Position numbers and translations under genes: made by a program
Notes under the pieces: generated by a model
What the model saw: only the letters and a program-made list of their open reading frames with translations
The model's database searches: none
Told to the model about the DNA's origin: nothing
From: Chitinophagaceae bacterium
GTDB taxonomy: Bacteria > Bacteroidota > Bacteroidia > Chitinophagales > Chitinophagaceae
DNA length: 64,000 nt
Assembly (NCBI GenBank): GCA_020403455.1
Contig: JADBXP010000021.1
Coordinates: 9,743 to 73,742, forward strand
Reading direction: 5' to 3'
Shown here: positions 6,746-16,868 of the stretch, piece after piece
Layout of the letters: every line of letters starts with the position of its first letter
Numbering within the stretch: position 1 is the first letter of the stretch

Positions 6746-7267
6746 ATGGAAAACAAACCCACCGCACCCTGGCTAATCGCACTCATCACCAGTCTTGGCT
6801 TCATCGTATTCAACCTTGTACTCCTGGCAACAGACCAACTCACCAATAAATACATGAGTTGGGTTTCCAGTGCTATACTCGTCATTGTGATCATCTGGGC
6901 CTGCATCCACTATGCCAAGCAAATGAATGGCGATGTTACATTCGGCAATGTATTCGGTCATGGATTCAAAGTAACAGCCGGCATAGCCGCGATTATGTCA
7001 GTATATACTTTTATCGCGTTCAAATTCATCCACCCTGAGGTAATTGAAAAAACAATTGACATCGCCAGAGCTGAAATGGAGAAAAAACCTGAACTGAACG
7101 CCGAATCAATTGATATGGCAGTTAATATGACCCGTAAATTCTTCATTCCCTTTGCATTGGCAGGATCTCTGTTCGGAACCGCTTTCGTTGGATTGATTGC
7201 ATCTCTCTTGGGTGCTGCTTTCGCGAAGAAAAATCCTCCCAAATCTCCATTTGAAACAGTTAGCTAG
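6746..7267 (+). CDS. DUF4199-like multi-pass membrane protein
   Basis: 173 aa with four hydrophobic helices. Small Bacteroidota membrane protein in its usual position just upstream of a GT2 gene. Confidence 0.5.
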   Translation: MENKPTAPWLIALITSLGFIVFNLVLLATDQLTNKYMSWVSSAILVIVIIWACIHYAKQMNGDVTFGNVFGHGFKVTAGIAAIMSVYTFIAFKFIHPEVIEKTIDIARAEMEKKPELNAESIDMAVNMTRKFFIPFALAGSLFGTAFVGLIASLLGAAFAKKNPPKSPFETVS

Positions 7268-7268
7268 T

Positions 7269-8210
7269 ATGAACATCAGTATTGTCATACCCCTCCTCAA
7301 CGAAGAAGAATCACTTCCCGAACTGGCCAACTGGATCGAACGAGTGATGCAGGAAGCCGGCTTCAGCTATGAAGTGATCTTCGTTGACGATGGTAGTACC
7401 GACGATAGCTGGAACACCATCCTTTCCCTCGGCAAAAACAACGCCGCCTTCAAAGGCATTCGCTTCCGCAGGAATTATGGGAAGTCCGCCGCACTGAACG
7501 AGGGCTTCAAAGCCGCTGCAGGCCATGTCATCATTACCATGGACGCCGACCTGCAAGACTCCCCCGATGAAATTCCCGCCCTCTACCGCATGATCACCGA
7601 AGATGGTTTCGATATGGTGAGCGGATGGAAGAAAGTGCGCTACGATAATACCTTCACCAAAAACCTTCCTTCCAAATTATTCAACGCCGTTGCCCGCGCT
7701 AATTCGGGTATTCATCTGCATGATTTTAATTGCGGACTGAAAGCATATCACCACCGCGTTGTGAAAAGCATCGAAGTATTTGGTGAAATGCACCGCTATA
7801 TTCCCATCCTCGCCAAATGGAGCGGCTTCCGCAAGATCGGCGAAAAAGTAGTAGAACACCGCCCCCGCAAATACGGCAGCTCCAAATTCGGCTGGCAGCG
7901 TTTTGTGAACGGATTTCTCGACCTGGGTACCATCATGTTCCTGGGGAAATTCGGGAAAAGACCGATGCAATTTTTCGGACTGTTGGGAACCTTGTTCTTT
8001 CTTGCCGGTTTATTGTCGGTCGTTTACCTCATCATTGGCAAACTGAGCTCTGCTGATTTCGCCCTTACCAACCGTCCGGCTTTCTACATAGCCCTGACCA
8101 CCATGATCATCGGTATGCAACTGTTCCTCAGCGGCTTCGTTGCAGAAATGATCGTGCGCAACGCGCCGGAGAGAAACCACTACCAAATCGATGAAAAAGC
8201 CGGTTGGTAG
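7269..8210 (+). CDS. family 2 glycosyltransferase (polyprenol-phosphate glycosyltransferase, GtrB/ArnC-like)
   Basis: I chose ATG 7269 (MNISIVIPLLNEEESLPEL). Motifs include VIFVDDGSTDDS and ITMDADLQD (DxD), plus two C-terminal TM helices. Confidence 0.85.
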   Translation: MNISIVIPLLNEEESLPELANWIERVMQEAGFSYEVIFVDDGSTDDSWNTILSLGKNNAAFKGIRFRRNYGKSAALNEGFKAAAGHVIITMDADLQDSPDEIPALYRMITEDGFDMVSGWKKVRYDNTFTKNLPSKLFNAVARANSGIHLHDFNCGLKAYHHRVVKSIEVFGEMHRYIPILAKWSGFRKIGEKVVEHRPRKYGSSKFGWQRFVNGFLDLGTIMFLGKFGKRPMQFFGLLGTLFFLAGLLSVVYLIIGKLSSADFALTNRPAFYIALTTMIIGMQLFLSGFVAEMIVRNAPERNHYQIDEKAGW

Positions 8211-8259
8211 TGCTCCCTGAATAGTCATGCGACCCATGTCCCATTCCCCCGCGTTTCAG

Positions 8260-8267
8260 TAACTTTG
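8260..8267 (+). promoter_or_regulatory. Bacteroidota -7 promoter box TAACTTTG
   Basis: Matches TAnnTTTG. Lies 33 nt upstream of the GT4 start. Confidence 0.4.
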
Positions 8268-8299
8268 CACCAATCAAAGCATCCTGAAATAACACCTAC

Positions 8300-9421
8300 T
8301 TGCAAAAAGTAATCATCATCGGTCCGGCATGGCCCCTGCGGGGAGGTCTCGCCTCTTTCAACGAGCGATTGGCAAGGGAATTCCAACGAATGAATTTCGA
8401 CACTGAGTTGTTTACTTTTACCCTTCAATACCCCAACTTCCTTTTTCCGGGAACCACCCAATATTCATCAGAGCCGGCACCCACGGATCTGCGCATCCGT
8501 CGTTGCATCCACTCAGTGAATCCATTGAACTGGATCAGCGTGGGAAGAACACTCCGTCAAATGGCTCCCGACCTGATCGTCGTACGCTATTGGCTTCCCT
8601 TCATGGCACCCTGCCTCGGCACCATATTGCGCATCGTACGCGGCAATAAAAAGACCCGCATCGTCTGTATTGCAGACAATATCATTCCCCACGAAAAAAG
8701 ACCCGGCGACACCCTCTTCACCCGCTATTTTGTAAAATGCATCGACGGGTTCATCACCATGAGCGAAAGGGTGCTGCAACAACTGCGGGACTTCTCCCAA
8801 CGCCCGGCTGAAACAGTGGTACATCCGCTATACGATCATTTTGGTGCAATCTTACCCAAAGCAAATGCCCGCCAATACCTACAGCTACCCGAACAAGAAA
8901 AGATCGTATTGTTCTTCGGTTTCATCCGACCTTATAAGGGACTCGATCTCTTGCTGGAAGCGATGGCTTCTCCCGAAGTACGTGCTGCCGGTATCAAACT
9001 ATTGGTAGCCGGAGAATTCTATGAGGATGCAACCCCCTACCATGCCATCATTGAAAAAGAACAATTGCAAAACAGCGTTTATCTGCGAACAGCATTCATT
9101 GCAGACAGTGAAGTGAAATACTATCTCTCGGCAGCAGATTTCGTGATACAGCCGTATCGCCAAGCCACCCAAAGCGGCGTTACTCCCCTCGCCTATCATT
9201 TTGAAAAACCTATGCTGGTGACCAATGTAGGCGGATTACCCGACAGGGTATTGCACGAAAAGACAGGATTAATCACTGAACCAACCGTTCCTGCACTGGC
9301 AAAGGGTTTACTAGAATTGTACCAATGGGGAGAATCGCATTTCATTCCTTATATTCAAGAAGAGAAAAAACAATACAGCTGGGAAAAGCTGGTCAATGCT
9401 ATCTTGCGGGTCGGAAAATAA
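8300..9421 (+). CDS. family 4 (GT-B) glycosyltransferase
   Basis: 373 aa with a TTG start. N-terminus KVIIIGPAWPLRGGLASF. The C-terminal region FVIQPYRQATQSGVTPLAYHFEKPMLVTNVGGLPD resembles the EX7E region of GT4. Confidence 0.8.
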   Translation: MQKVIIIGPAWPLRGGLASFNERLAREFQRMNFDTELFTFTLQYPNFLFPGTTQYSSEPAPTDLRIRRCIHSVNPLNWISVGRTLRQMAPDLIVVRYWLPFMAPCLGTILRIVRGNKKTRIVCIADNIIPHEKRPGDTLFTRYFVKCIDGFITMSERVLQQLRDFSQRPAETVVHPLYDHFGAILPKANARQYLQLPEQEKIVLFFGFIRPYKGLDLLLEAMASPEVRAAGIKLLVAGEFYEDATPYHAIIEKEQLQNSVYLRTAFIADSEVKYYLSAADFVIQPYRQATQSGVTPLAYHFEKPMLVTNVGGLPDRVLHEKTGLITEPTVPALAKGLLELYQWGESHFIPYIQEEKKQYSWEKLVNAILRVGK

Positions 9422-9439
9422 ATTACTAATTTACCTCTT

Positions 9440-10021
9440 ATGGACATATCATCTACCATCGCTGAAAGAATCAATGCCTCCATCGCTGTCAAGCAACAGA
9501 TATTGACAGATGGTACCCTGCTTCCCCTCATTGAATCGGTTGTGCAAGTCATAACCTCTGCATTCCAACAAGGAAATGCCGTTTATTTTTGTGGCAATGG
9601 AGGAAGCGCTGCTGATGCTCAACACCTGGCGGCAGAGTTCTCCGGACGTTTTTACAAAGACCGCAAAGCACTTCCTTCAGAAGCTTTGCATTGTAACACT
9701 TCCTACCTGACTGCCGTCGCGAATGATTATAGTTACGATGTAATCTATGCCCGACTGATAGAAGGCATTGCCAAAAAAGGAGATGTGCTGATCGGATTGA
9801 GCACTTCCGGTAATTCAGCCAACATCCTGCGTGCCTTTGAAAAAGCTGCTGAGTTGGGAGTTATTACCATCGGTATGACCGGTGCATCGGGAGGAAAAAT
9901 GAAAGGACAATGCGATTACCTGATCAATGTTCCTTCTTCCGATACGCCGCGCATACAAGAAAGTCACATATTGATCGGACATATTCTCTGTGAACTTACT
10001 GAGAAAAATATTTTCGGATGA
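9440..10021 (+). CDS. gmhA: D-sedoheptulose 7-phosphate isomerase (SIS domain)
   Basis: 193 aa. Motifs FCGNGGSAADAQHLAAEF and GLSTSGNSANI. Confidence 0.85.
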   Translation: MDISSTIAERINASIAVKQQILTDGTLLPLIESVVQVITSAFQQGNAVYFCGNGGSAADAQHLAAEFSGRFYKDRKALPSEALHCNTSYLTAVANDYSYDVIYARLIEGIAKKGDVLIGLSTSGNSANILRAFEKAAELGVITIGMTGASGGKMKGQCDYLINVPSSDTPRIQESHILIGHILCELTEKNIFG

Positions 10022-10725
10022 TGCCTGTACAAGAAGCTATCATCCTGGCCGGTGGACTGGGAACCCGCTTGCGGGAAGAAGTACCCGATTTGCCTAAATG
10101 CCTGGCACCGGTGAATGGCAAACCCTTCCTGCACTACCTAATCCACTTCCTGCAAAAAGCCGGCATAGAGAAATTTATTTTCTCATTGGGCTACAAAGCA
10201 GAAACAGTCATCGCATTCATCGAAGCAACCCTTCCAAAATCTGCCTACCAACTGGTGATAGAAGAAGAGCCATTGGGAACCGGCGGAGGCATTCGCCTGG
10301 CCATGCAAGCTGTGGAGGGAAAAAATGTTTGGGTTCTCAATGGAGACAGTATTGCATTGGTTAACCTGGAGGAACAATTCAAGTTACATGAAAGCCAATC
10401 ATCCATAGGTACACTGGCACTGATACCGCAGCAACAGTTTGACCGCTATGGTACTGTTGCTATCGATGGAAACAACCGCATCACAGGATTTGAAGAAAAA
10501 AAATGGCAGGAATCCGGATTGATCAACGCCGGCATCTATTTGCTCGATACAACCACTTTTTTACAATCAACACCCAAAGGAAATTTTTCCCTGGAGACAG
10601 AATTTTTGCAACGCTGCTATTCCACACTACCCCTTTATGGATATGTGGAACCTGCCTATTTCATTGACATAGGCGTACCGGAGGATTACCGACGTGCCCA
10701 GCAAGAATTCGCCCAACTATTTTAA
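10018..10725 (+). CDS. sugar-1-phosphate nucleotidyltransferase, heptose-1-phosphate guanylyltransferase-like (HddC-like)
   Basis: 235 aa. N-terminal AIILAGGLGTRLREEVPDLPKCLAPV. 4-nt overlap with gmhA and followed by gmhB. Confidence 0.65.
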   Translation: MMPVQEAIILAGGLGTRLREEVPDLPKCLAPVNGKPFLHYLIHFLQKAGIEKFIFSLGYKAETVIAFIEATLPKSAYQLVIEEEPLGTGGGIRLAMQAVEGKNVWVLNGDSIALVNLEEQFKLHESQSSIGTLALIPQQQFDRYGTVAIDGNNRITGFEEKKWQESGLINAGIYLLDTTTFLQSTPKGNFSLETEFLQRCYSTLPLYGYVEPAYFIDIGVPEDYRRAQQEFAQLF

Positions 10726-10727
10726 TT

Positions 10728-11297
10728 ATGTCCTTTCAACTATCACAAGCAGACCATTCCTGGACGATCTTTCTGGATCGCGACGGAGTTATCAATCATG
10801 ACAAAGACAATGACTACATCAGACATGTAGGTGAATTTGTGATGTATGAGAACACATTGAATGCCCTCCAAACTTTATCCCAATTGTTTCATCGGGTAGT
10901 AATTGTTACCAATCAAAAAGGGGTGGGCCGCGGACTTATGACGCTGGAAGACCTGAATGGCATCCATGATTTATTGTTGGAGGAAGTAAGAAAAGTGGGC
11001 GGAAGAATCGACAAAATTTATTTCTGTTCAGATACTGACAATGACTCCCCTAACCGGAAACCCAATCCCGGCATGGCTTTCCAGGCAAGGGAAGAATTTC
11101 CGGACATAGATCTGTCCAAGAGTATGGTTGCAGGCAATCGGCTTTCAGATATGGAATTTGGAAGGAATGCCGGGATGCATACCATATTCATTGCCACCAC
11201 CCATCCGGAAGTTCCCTTCCCCGATGAGCGCATAGATGTGCGTTTCGACAGCCTCTTCGCATTTGCAGCAGCCTGCCGAAGAGAGATGAAAAGTTAA
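10728..11297 (+). CDS. gmhB: D,D-heptose 1,7-bisphosphate phosphatase (HAD-IIIA)
   Basis: 189 aa. Motifs IFLDRDGVIN (HAD motif I), VTNQKGVGRG and NRKPNPGM. Confidence 0.75.
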   Translation: MSFQLSQADHSWTIFLDRDGVINHDKDNDYIRHVGEFVMYENTLNALQTLSQLFHRVVIVTNQKGVGRGLMTLEDLNGIHDLLLEEVRKVGGRIDKIYFCSDTDNDSPNRKPNPGMAFQAREEFPDIDLSKSMVAGNRLSDMEFGRNAGMHTIFIATTHPEVPFPDERIDVRFDSLFAFAAACRREMKS

Positions 11298-11344
11298 CAA
11301 GTTTTTCCTGCCTGCTAACTCCCAATAGTTGATACCTTTGCAGT

Positions 11345-12319
11345 ATGTTGACGAAAAGACCTTTTAGTTGGCTTCGAGTTGTATTCTTTTGGATATTTTT
11401 CGGAACGCTGTTTTGCACAACAACCGTTAATGCACAGACCTCCAAAGAGAGTGAACAAGCTTCGTTTCAGTCCATGGAAAACATTCTTCGGGAGCAGGCA
11501 TTTCAAATCATCAATGGCCCGGAATGGTCCGATCGCTTGCAGGCGGATAGTATTTTTACCCGCACATTGGTTCGCACGCTGCGAGGCAAAAATTCTTTCC
11601 GCTATGCGTTTGATTCCCTGGGTACCGTTTCGGTTTTGTATGCGCCGGACAGCAGCTTCAAGATTTTTAGCTGGCAGCTGATGAAAGATCCTTCCTACTA
11701 TCGATACAAAGCTGCCATACAGTATAATACACCGGATGGAAGTTTGCGGCTGACACCTCTATTCGATGCTTCTCCCTTTACGGAGCAACCCTGCGATTCC
11801 GTGCGTACAGCCAATCAATGGATCGGTGCTCTTTACTACAATATTTTACAACATACTTATCAGGGAAGATCTTATTATACATTGCTGGGGTATGATGAAA
11901 ATGATGAGCTCACAACCCGCAAATGGATTGATGTGCTTACATTCAACGAACAGGGGCAACCTTTGTTTGGCGGATTGTTTTTCGAGTACCTGCCGGACGA
12001 TAAAAAACCACCACTTCCGGTTTATCGTTTTTTGTTCGAGTACAAAAAGAATGCAGGTGCGCGCATGAATTATGATCCCGATTTACAATTGATCACCTTT
12101 GCATCATTGGTCAGTGAGAAGGGAAATCCTGCTGTTCATGCAACGCTGGTTCCGGAAGGAGGTTATGAAGGATTTAAATGGGTGAATGGGAAATGGGTGC
12201 ATGTTGCACTGGTAGAAGAGTTGGACCCGAATCCTCAAATCAATCCGCCCAAAGAAACGCCGGCACCTGCCAAGTCCGCACCGGTGCCCCCCAAGAAGAA
12301 GGGCAATACAAAACAATAA
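11345..12319 (+). CDS. hypothetical secreted protein with Pro/Lys-rich C-terminal tail
   Basis: 324 aa. Signal peptide ends ...TTTVNAQ. The tail is PNPQINPPKETPAPAKSAPVPPKKKGNTKQ. No family recognised. Confidence 0.5.
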   Translation: MLTKRPFSWLRVVFFWIFFGTLFCTTTVNAQTSKESEQASFQSMENILREQAFQIINGPEWSDRLQADSIFTRTLVRTLRGKNSFRYAFDSLGTVSVLYAPDSSFKIFSWQLMKDPSYYRYKAAIQYNTPDGSLRLTPLFDASPFTEQPCDSVRTANQWIGALYYNILQHTYQGRSYYTLLGYDENDELTTRKWIDVLTFNEQGQPLFGGLFFEYLPDDKKPPLPVYRFLFEYKKNAGARMNYDPDLQLITFASLVSEKGNPAVHATLVPEGGYEGFKWVNGKWVHVALVEELDPNPQINPPKETPAPAKSAPVPPKKKGNTKQ

Positions 12320-12329
12320 ATACGAAAAA

Positions 12330-14114
12330 TTAATCCAGCTTGAGTACAGCCAAGAATGCCTCCTGAGGTATTTCTACATTACCTATCTGCCGCATTCTTT
12401 TCTTTCCCTCTTTTTGTTTTTCTAGGAGTTTTCTTTTGCGGCTGATGTCACCACCATAACATTTGGCAGTAACGTCTTTGCGGATGGCGCTGATGTTTTC
12501 GCGGGCGATCACTTTTGCACCGATTGCGGCCTGAATGGCGATCTGGAATTGCTGACGGGGGAGTAATTCTTTCAACTTTTCACAGAGCTTTCTGCCAAAA
12601 TCCTGCGCACGACTGCGGTGGATCAGGGCACTCAGCGCATCTACTTTATCGCTGTTTAGGAGAATATCCATTTTCACGATATCCGCTTCGCGGAAGCCGA
12701 TGGGTGAATAATCGAAGGAAGCATACCCACGGGTAGAACTTTTCAATTTGTCATAGAAGTCAAATACGATTTCAGTGAGGGGCATTTCAAAGATCAACTC
12801 AACGCGGGTAGGTGTCAGATAGCTTTGGTTGATAAGAATTCCCCTTTTTCCCAGACAAAGGGTCATGATATTACCGATATAATCGGGCAGTGTGATAATC
12901 TGAGCTTTGATGAATGGCTCTTCGATGCGATCGATCTTTACCGGGTCGGGCATTTCGGCCGGATTGTTCACGATGATTTTTTCTCCCTTGGTAGTGAAGG
13001 CATTGAAGCTTACGTTGGGAACAGTGGTGATAACAGTCTGGTTGAACTCTCTTTCCAAACGTTCCTGTATGATCTCCATGTGGAGGAGTCCGAGGAAGCC
13101 GCAGCGGAAACCAAAGCCCAGGGCCTGGGAGGTTTCCAATTCAAAAGTGAGCGAAGCGTCGTTGAGCTGGAGTTTGTCCATGCAATCGCGCAGTTCTTCG
13201 AACTCATCTGTATTCACGGGAAAGATTCCGGCGAAAACCATCGGCTTTACTTCTTCAAATCCATTGATCATTTCACCGGGATTGGCAGCGAGCGTGATGG
13301 TATCTCCTACTTTAACTTCTTTGGCGTTTTTGATACCGGTGATGATGTAACCCACATCTCCGGCTTTCATTTCCTGGCGGGGTGTCATGGTTAGCTTCAA
13401 CACACCTACTTCATCGGCAAAATAATCTTGACCGGAGGCAACCATGCGAATCTTATCACCTTTCCTCAGTACACCATTCATGATTCGGTAGTAAACGATG
13501 ATGCCTCGAAAACTATTGAAAACACTATCAAAAATCAATGCCTGCAGGGGCGCGTCATAGCTGCCGGTTGGGGCAGGAATGCGTTCGATGATGGCCATCA
13601 GAATTTCCTCAATGCCGATGCCGCTTTTTCCGCTGGCGAGAAGAATTTCTTCCTGCTTGCAGCCGATGAGATCAACGATCTGGTCGGTTACCTCCGGAAT
13701 TTTAGCTCCTTCCATGTCGATCTTGTTGATGACAGGGATGATCTCGAGGTTGTTATCGATGGCGAGGTAAAGGTTGCTGATGGTTTGCGCCTGAATACCC
13801 TGTGAGGCATCTACGAGGAGTAAAGCACCCTCACAGGCTGCGAGTGCCCGGCTCACTTCATAGCTGAAGTCCACATGTCCGGGTGTATCGATGAGGTTAA
13901 GGGTGTAGGCCTGACCTTTATACGTATAGTCAATTTGAATGGCATGGCTCTTGATGGTGATACCCTTTTCCCGTTCCAGGTCCATATCATCCAGTACCTG
14001 GTTCATCATATCCCGCTCCCCTATTGTTTTGGTATGTTCCAGCAATCTGTCTGCCAGGGTACTTTTACCGTGGTCGATGTGCGCTATGATACAAAAATTC
14101 CTAATGTGTTTCAT
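12330..14114 (-). CDS. lepA: translation elongation factor 4 (LepA)
   Basis: 594 aa. Motifs [30 protein letters not shown] and NKIDM, with the characteristic C-terminal LepA domain. Confidence 0.97.
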   Translation of the reverse strand: MKHIRNFCIIAHIDHGKSTLADRLLEHTKTIGERDMMNQVLDDMDLEREKGITIKSHAIQIDYTYKGQAYTLNLIDTPGHVDFSYEVSRALAACEGALLLVDASQGIQAQTISNLYLAIDNNLEIIPVINKIDMEGAKIPEVTDQIVDLIGCKQEEILLASGKSGIGIEEILMAIIERIPAPTGSYDAPLQALIFDSVFNSFRGIIVYYRIMNGVLRKGDKIRMVASGQDYFADEVGVLKLTMTPRQEMKAGDVGYIITGIKNAKEVKVGDTITLAANPGEMINGFEEVKPMVFAGIFPVNTDEFEELRDCMDKLQLNDASLTFELETSQALGFGFRCGFLGLLHMEIIQERLEREFNQTVITTVPNVSFNAFTTKGEKIIVNNPAEMPDPVKIDRIEEPFIKAQIITLPDYIGNIMTLCLGKRGILINQSYLTPTRVELIFEMPLTEIVFDFYDKLKSSTRGYASFDYSPIGFREADIVKMDILLNSDKVDALSALIHRSRAQDFGRKLCEKLKELLPRQQFQIAIQAAIGAKVIARENISAIRKDVTAKCYGGDISRKRKLLEKQKEGKKRMRQIGNVEIPQEAFLAVLKLD

Positions 14115-14239
14115 ACGGCTGCAAAGATAGGTGTAAGTGGGCTAATCCATGCAGATTGTTGGGGGTTGAGCCCTGAAATGGTGGAAGGTTGCTCCACTGC
14201 ATTCTTTGCAGGAAAACTTACATTTACAAAAAGAACCCA

Positions 14240-15223
14240 ATGCTTAGAAGAAGAACTTCAGTTCACGGCAGGGAGAACAATGAAACCGGCCTGAGTTCAA
14301 AGAGTTCGCTTACAGGTGGACGTTTCATGAACAAAGATGGCAGTGCGAATACGGAATATGCCGGACTTCCCTTCTGGAAGCGGATCAATCTATACCATAC
14401 CTTGTTGTCCCTTTCAACGGGAAAGTTTCTGTTGTTCATTGCCATTTTCTTTATCACCGTCAACTTGTGTTTTGCAGCAGTTTATTTGCTGATCGGACTG
14501 GAACACTTGGGTGGAATGGTAGCGACAACACCGGGACAGAAATTCGGGGAGGCCTTTTTCTTTAGTGCACAGACTTTTACCACCGTAGGTTATGGAAGGA
14601 TCAATCCAATAGGCTTCGCTGCCAGTTTGGTGGCGTCTATGGAAGCCTTGACCGGTTTGTTGAGTTTTGCAGTATTGACGGGTTTATTGTATGGTCGATT
14701 CTCTCGTCCAAGAGCATTCATCAGATTCAGCAGTCATGCACTTTTTTCACCCTACCAGGACAAGGCTGCGGTGATGTTCCGATTGGTGCCTTATACCAAA
14801 AATATATTGATGAATGTAGAGGTACGTGTCACTTTTGCTATACAGGTGGAAGAAGAGGGTGTTGCCAAAAACAAGTTTTTTTCGCTGAACCTGGAGATAC
14901 CAAAGATTGCGGTTCTATCGGGCAGCTGGACGTTGGTGCATGCCATCACGGAGAGTAGTCCGCTATACGGACTTACCCCTTTAGATCTTGCGCAGGGGAA
15001 AGCTGAATTGCTGGTATTTCTTCAGGGGTTTGATGAAAGTTTTTCAAATACGGTGATCACCCGCAGTTCCTATACTTATGAGGAATTGATATTCGGTGCT
15101 AAATTCAAGCCAATGTTCCATCCCAATGCACGGGAAACCGGAACTACTGTCCATGTGAACAAGCTGAATGATTACGAGCGGGTGGAGCTAGCGGGGTATA
15201 CAGCCGGGATACACAAATCCTAA
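14240..15223 (+). CDS. prokaryotic inward-rectifier-type K+ channel (KirBac family)
   Basis: Selectivity filter TFTTVGYGRI, two TM helices and a C-terminal Ig-like cytoplasmic domain. The N-terminal RFMNKDGSAN parallels KirBac1.1 RILNSDGSSN as I remember it. I chose ATG 14240 rather than the TTG at 14189. Confidence 0.8.
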   Translation: MLRRRTSVHGRENNETGLSSKSSLTGGRFMNKDGSANTEYAGLPFWKRINLYHTLLSLSTGKFLLFIAIFFITVNLCFAAVYLLIGLEHLGGMVATTPGQKFGEAFFFSAQTFTTVGYGRINPIGFAASLVASMEALTGLLSFAVLTGLLYGRFSRPRAFIRFSSHALFSPYQDKAAVMFRLVPYTKNILMNVEVRVTFAIQVEEEGVAKNKFFSLNLEIPKIAVLSGSWTLVHAITESSPLYGLTPLDLAQGKAELLVFLQGFDESFSNTVITRSSYTYEELIFGAKFKPMFHPNARETGTTVHVNKLNDYERVELAGYTAGIHKS

Positions 15224-15260
15224 TAGGTTGAAAAAGACATTTGTTATCATCCTATATTAC

Positions 15261-16100
15261 TTACTTAATAGAAGTCAATGGAGTTGGGTCCATATCATCG
15301 TATGTCAGGTTTTCACCTCCCATACCCCATATAAAGCCATAATTGGCCGTTCCGCATCCATAATGGGTACACCAAGGTGGAGAGAGTACTGCTTCCTGAT
15401 TAGACATCACTATGTGTCTAGTTTCATGCGGTTCTCCAAGAAAATGAAAAACGCGGTGATTTTCCAGTAAATCAAAATAAAAATATGCTTCTGTTCTTCT
15501 ACTATGGGTATGAGGGGGGAAGGAATTCCAAACACTACCAGGCTGTAAAATAGTTAGTCCCATTACCAACTGACAACTGACAATACCCTGTTGATGTATA
15601 TATTTATAAATGGTTCGTTTATTTGATGTTTCATCGGCACCCATATTCACGGGCACTGCCTTTTCTTTGGTCATCAACTGACATGGGTAGCTGTGATGTG
15701 CCGGCACACTCAACAGATAGAAAATAGCAGGCTTGGCAGACTTCACACTCCGAAAAAAAACATTTTTAGTTCCCTTACCAAGGTATAGACAACTCAATTT
15801 TTTTAAAGGATAGTCTTTGCCATCGGCAGTTATGACTCCATCTCCACCAATATTGATGATTCCCATTTCTCTGCGCTCCAGAAAAAAGGAAGCTCTTAAT
15901 TCCGGATCATTCGGTAGAGATATTTTTTTTGATGCAGGTACTACACCACCTACAATCATTCGGTCATAATGGGTGTAAACCATTTTAATTTCATTTTTTT
16001 TCATTAGCCCTTGTAGCAAAAAATGATCTCTCAATTCCTGTGTACCCATGTTGCGGGTTTCTACTGGACTAACAGCAAATCTTTGTTCCATAGTTTTCAA
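15261..16100 (-). CDS. kduI: 5-dehydro-4-deoxy-D-glucuronate isomerase
   Basis: 279 aa, collinear with E. coli KduI as I remember it. Matching stretches: FFLERREMGIINIGG, HTHSRRTEAYFYF, ETRHIVMSNQEAV, FIWGMGGEN. Confidence 0.9.
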   Translation of the reverse strand: MKTMEQRFAVSPVETRNMGTQELRDHFLLQGLMKKNEIKMVYTHYDRMIVGGVVPASKKISLPNDPELRASFFLERREMGIINIGGDGVITADGKDYPLKKLSCLYLGKGTKNVFFRSVKSAKPAIFYLLSVPAHHSYPCQLMTKEKAVPVNMGADETSNKRTIYKYIHQQGIVSCQLVMGLTILQPGSVWNSFPPHTHSRRTEAYFYFDLLENHRVFHFLGEPHETRHIVMSNQEAVLSPPWCTHYGCGTANYGFIWGMGGENLTYDDMDPTPLTSIK

Positions 16101-16112
16101 ACATTTAAAAAA

Positions 16113-16868
16113 TTATCGTGACATCCATCCACCATCGACAAACAAAATAGTTCCGTTTACATAATCAGAACCTTTCCCGGCCAGAAACTGGACAGGACCT
16201 TTTAGATCCTCGGGCGTTCCCCAGCGAGCTGCAGGAATCCTCTGAAGAATCGATGTGTTCCTCTCGGGATCTTCTCTCAAGGCACTTGTATTATCGGTTG
16301 CTATATAACCTGGGGCAATTCCATTGACACCGATCCCTTTTGCTGCCCACTCATTAGAAAATGCCCGCACAAGCCCAGCCAATCCCGATTTACTGGCTGT
16401 GTATCCTGTGACTGTTATTCCCCCCTGGAAACTGAGCAGGGAACAAATGAAAATTATCTTACCAGAGCCATGTGCGATCATGTGCTTGCCCAATTCTCGT
16501 CCCAGTATAAATTGTGCTGTCAGATTAATCTGGATTACCTGATCCCAGTATTCATCCGGATGTTCTGTAGCAGGTTTCCTTAGAATTGTACCGGCATTGT
16601 TGACTAATACATCTATCCGGGGCACATCGTTAAAAAGCTGGCGGGTAAACGCATAAATTTGATCACGGTCGGAAAAATCAACATTATAGTGTTGATATGA
16701 TCTTCCAGTTTGCTCTACTGCCTGTTGTACCGCTCCTGAATCACCGGATCGAGAGGTACCGATAACATTGGCCCCTGCTTCTGCCAAGGCTACGGCCATT
16801 GCTTTGCCGATACCTTTATCGGAACCTGTCACCACAGCGGTCTTTCCTGTTAAATTGAATAAACTCAT
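16113..16868 (-). CDS. kduD: 2-dehydro-3-deoxy-D-gluconate 5-dehydrogenase (SDR)
   Basis: 251 aa. TGSDKGIGKA Rossmann motif, YTASKSG catalytic YxxxK, directly upstream of kduI. Confidence 0.8.
   Translation of the reverse strand: MSLFNLTGKTAVVTGSDKGIGKAMAVALAEAGANVIGTSRSGDSGAVQQAVEQTGRSYQHYNVDFSDRDQIYAFTRQLFNDVPRIDVLVNNAGTILRKPATEHPDEYWDQVIQINLTAQFILGRELGKHMIAHGSGKIIFICSLLSFQGGITVTGYTASKSGLAGLVRAFSNEWAAKGIGVNGIAPGYIATDNTSALREDPERNTSILQRIPAARWGTPEDLKGPVQFLAGKGSDYVNGTILFVDGGWMSR

Noticed and set aside
14119-14211. Nested inverted repeats (CTGCAAAG...CTTTGCAG; ATGCAG...CTGCAT) between lepA and the Kir channel gene. I considered a riboswitch or leader, e.g. a K+/c-di-AMP-related element.
   Set aside because: The outer arms coincide with divergent TAnnTTTG-type -7 promoter boxes (TATCTTTG for lepA on the minus strand, a near-match ATTCTTTG for the channel). 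TTTGCA(G/C) follows most -7 boxes in this window. There is no resemblance to the ydaO-type consensus as I remember it.
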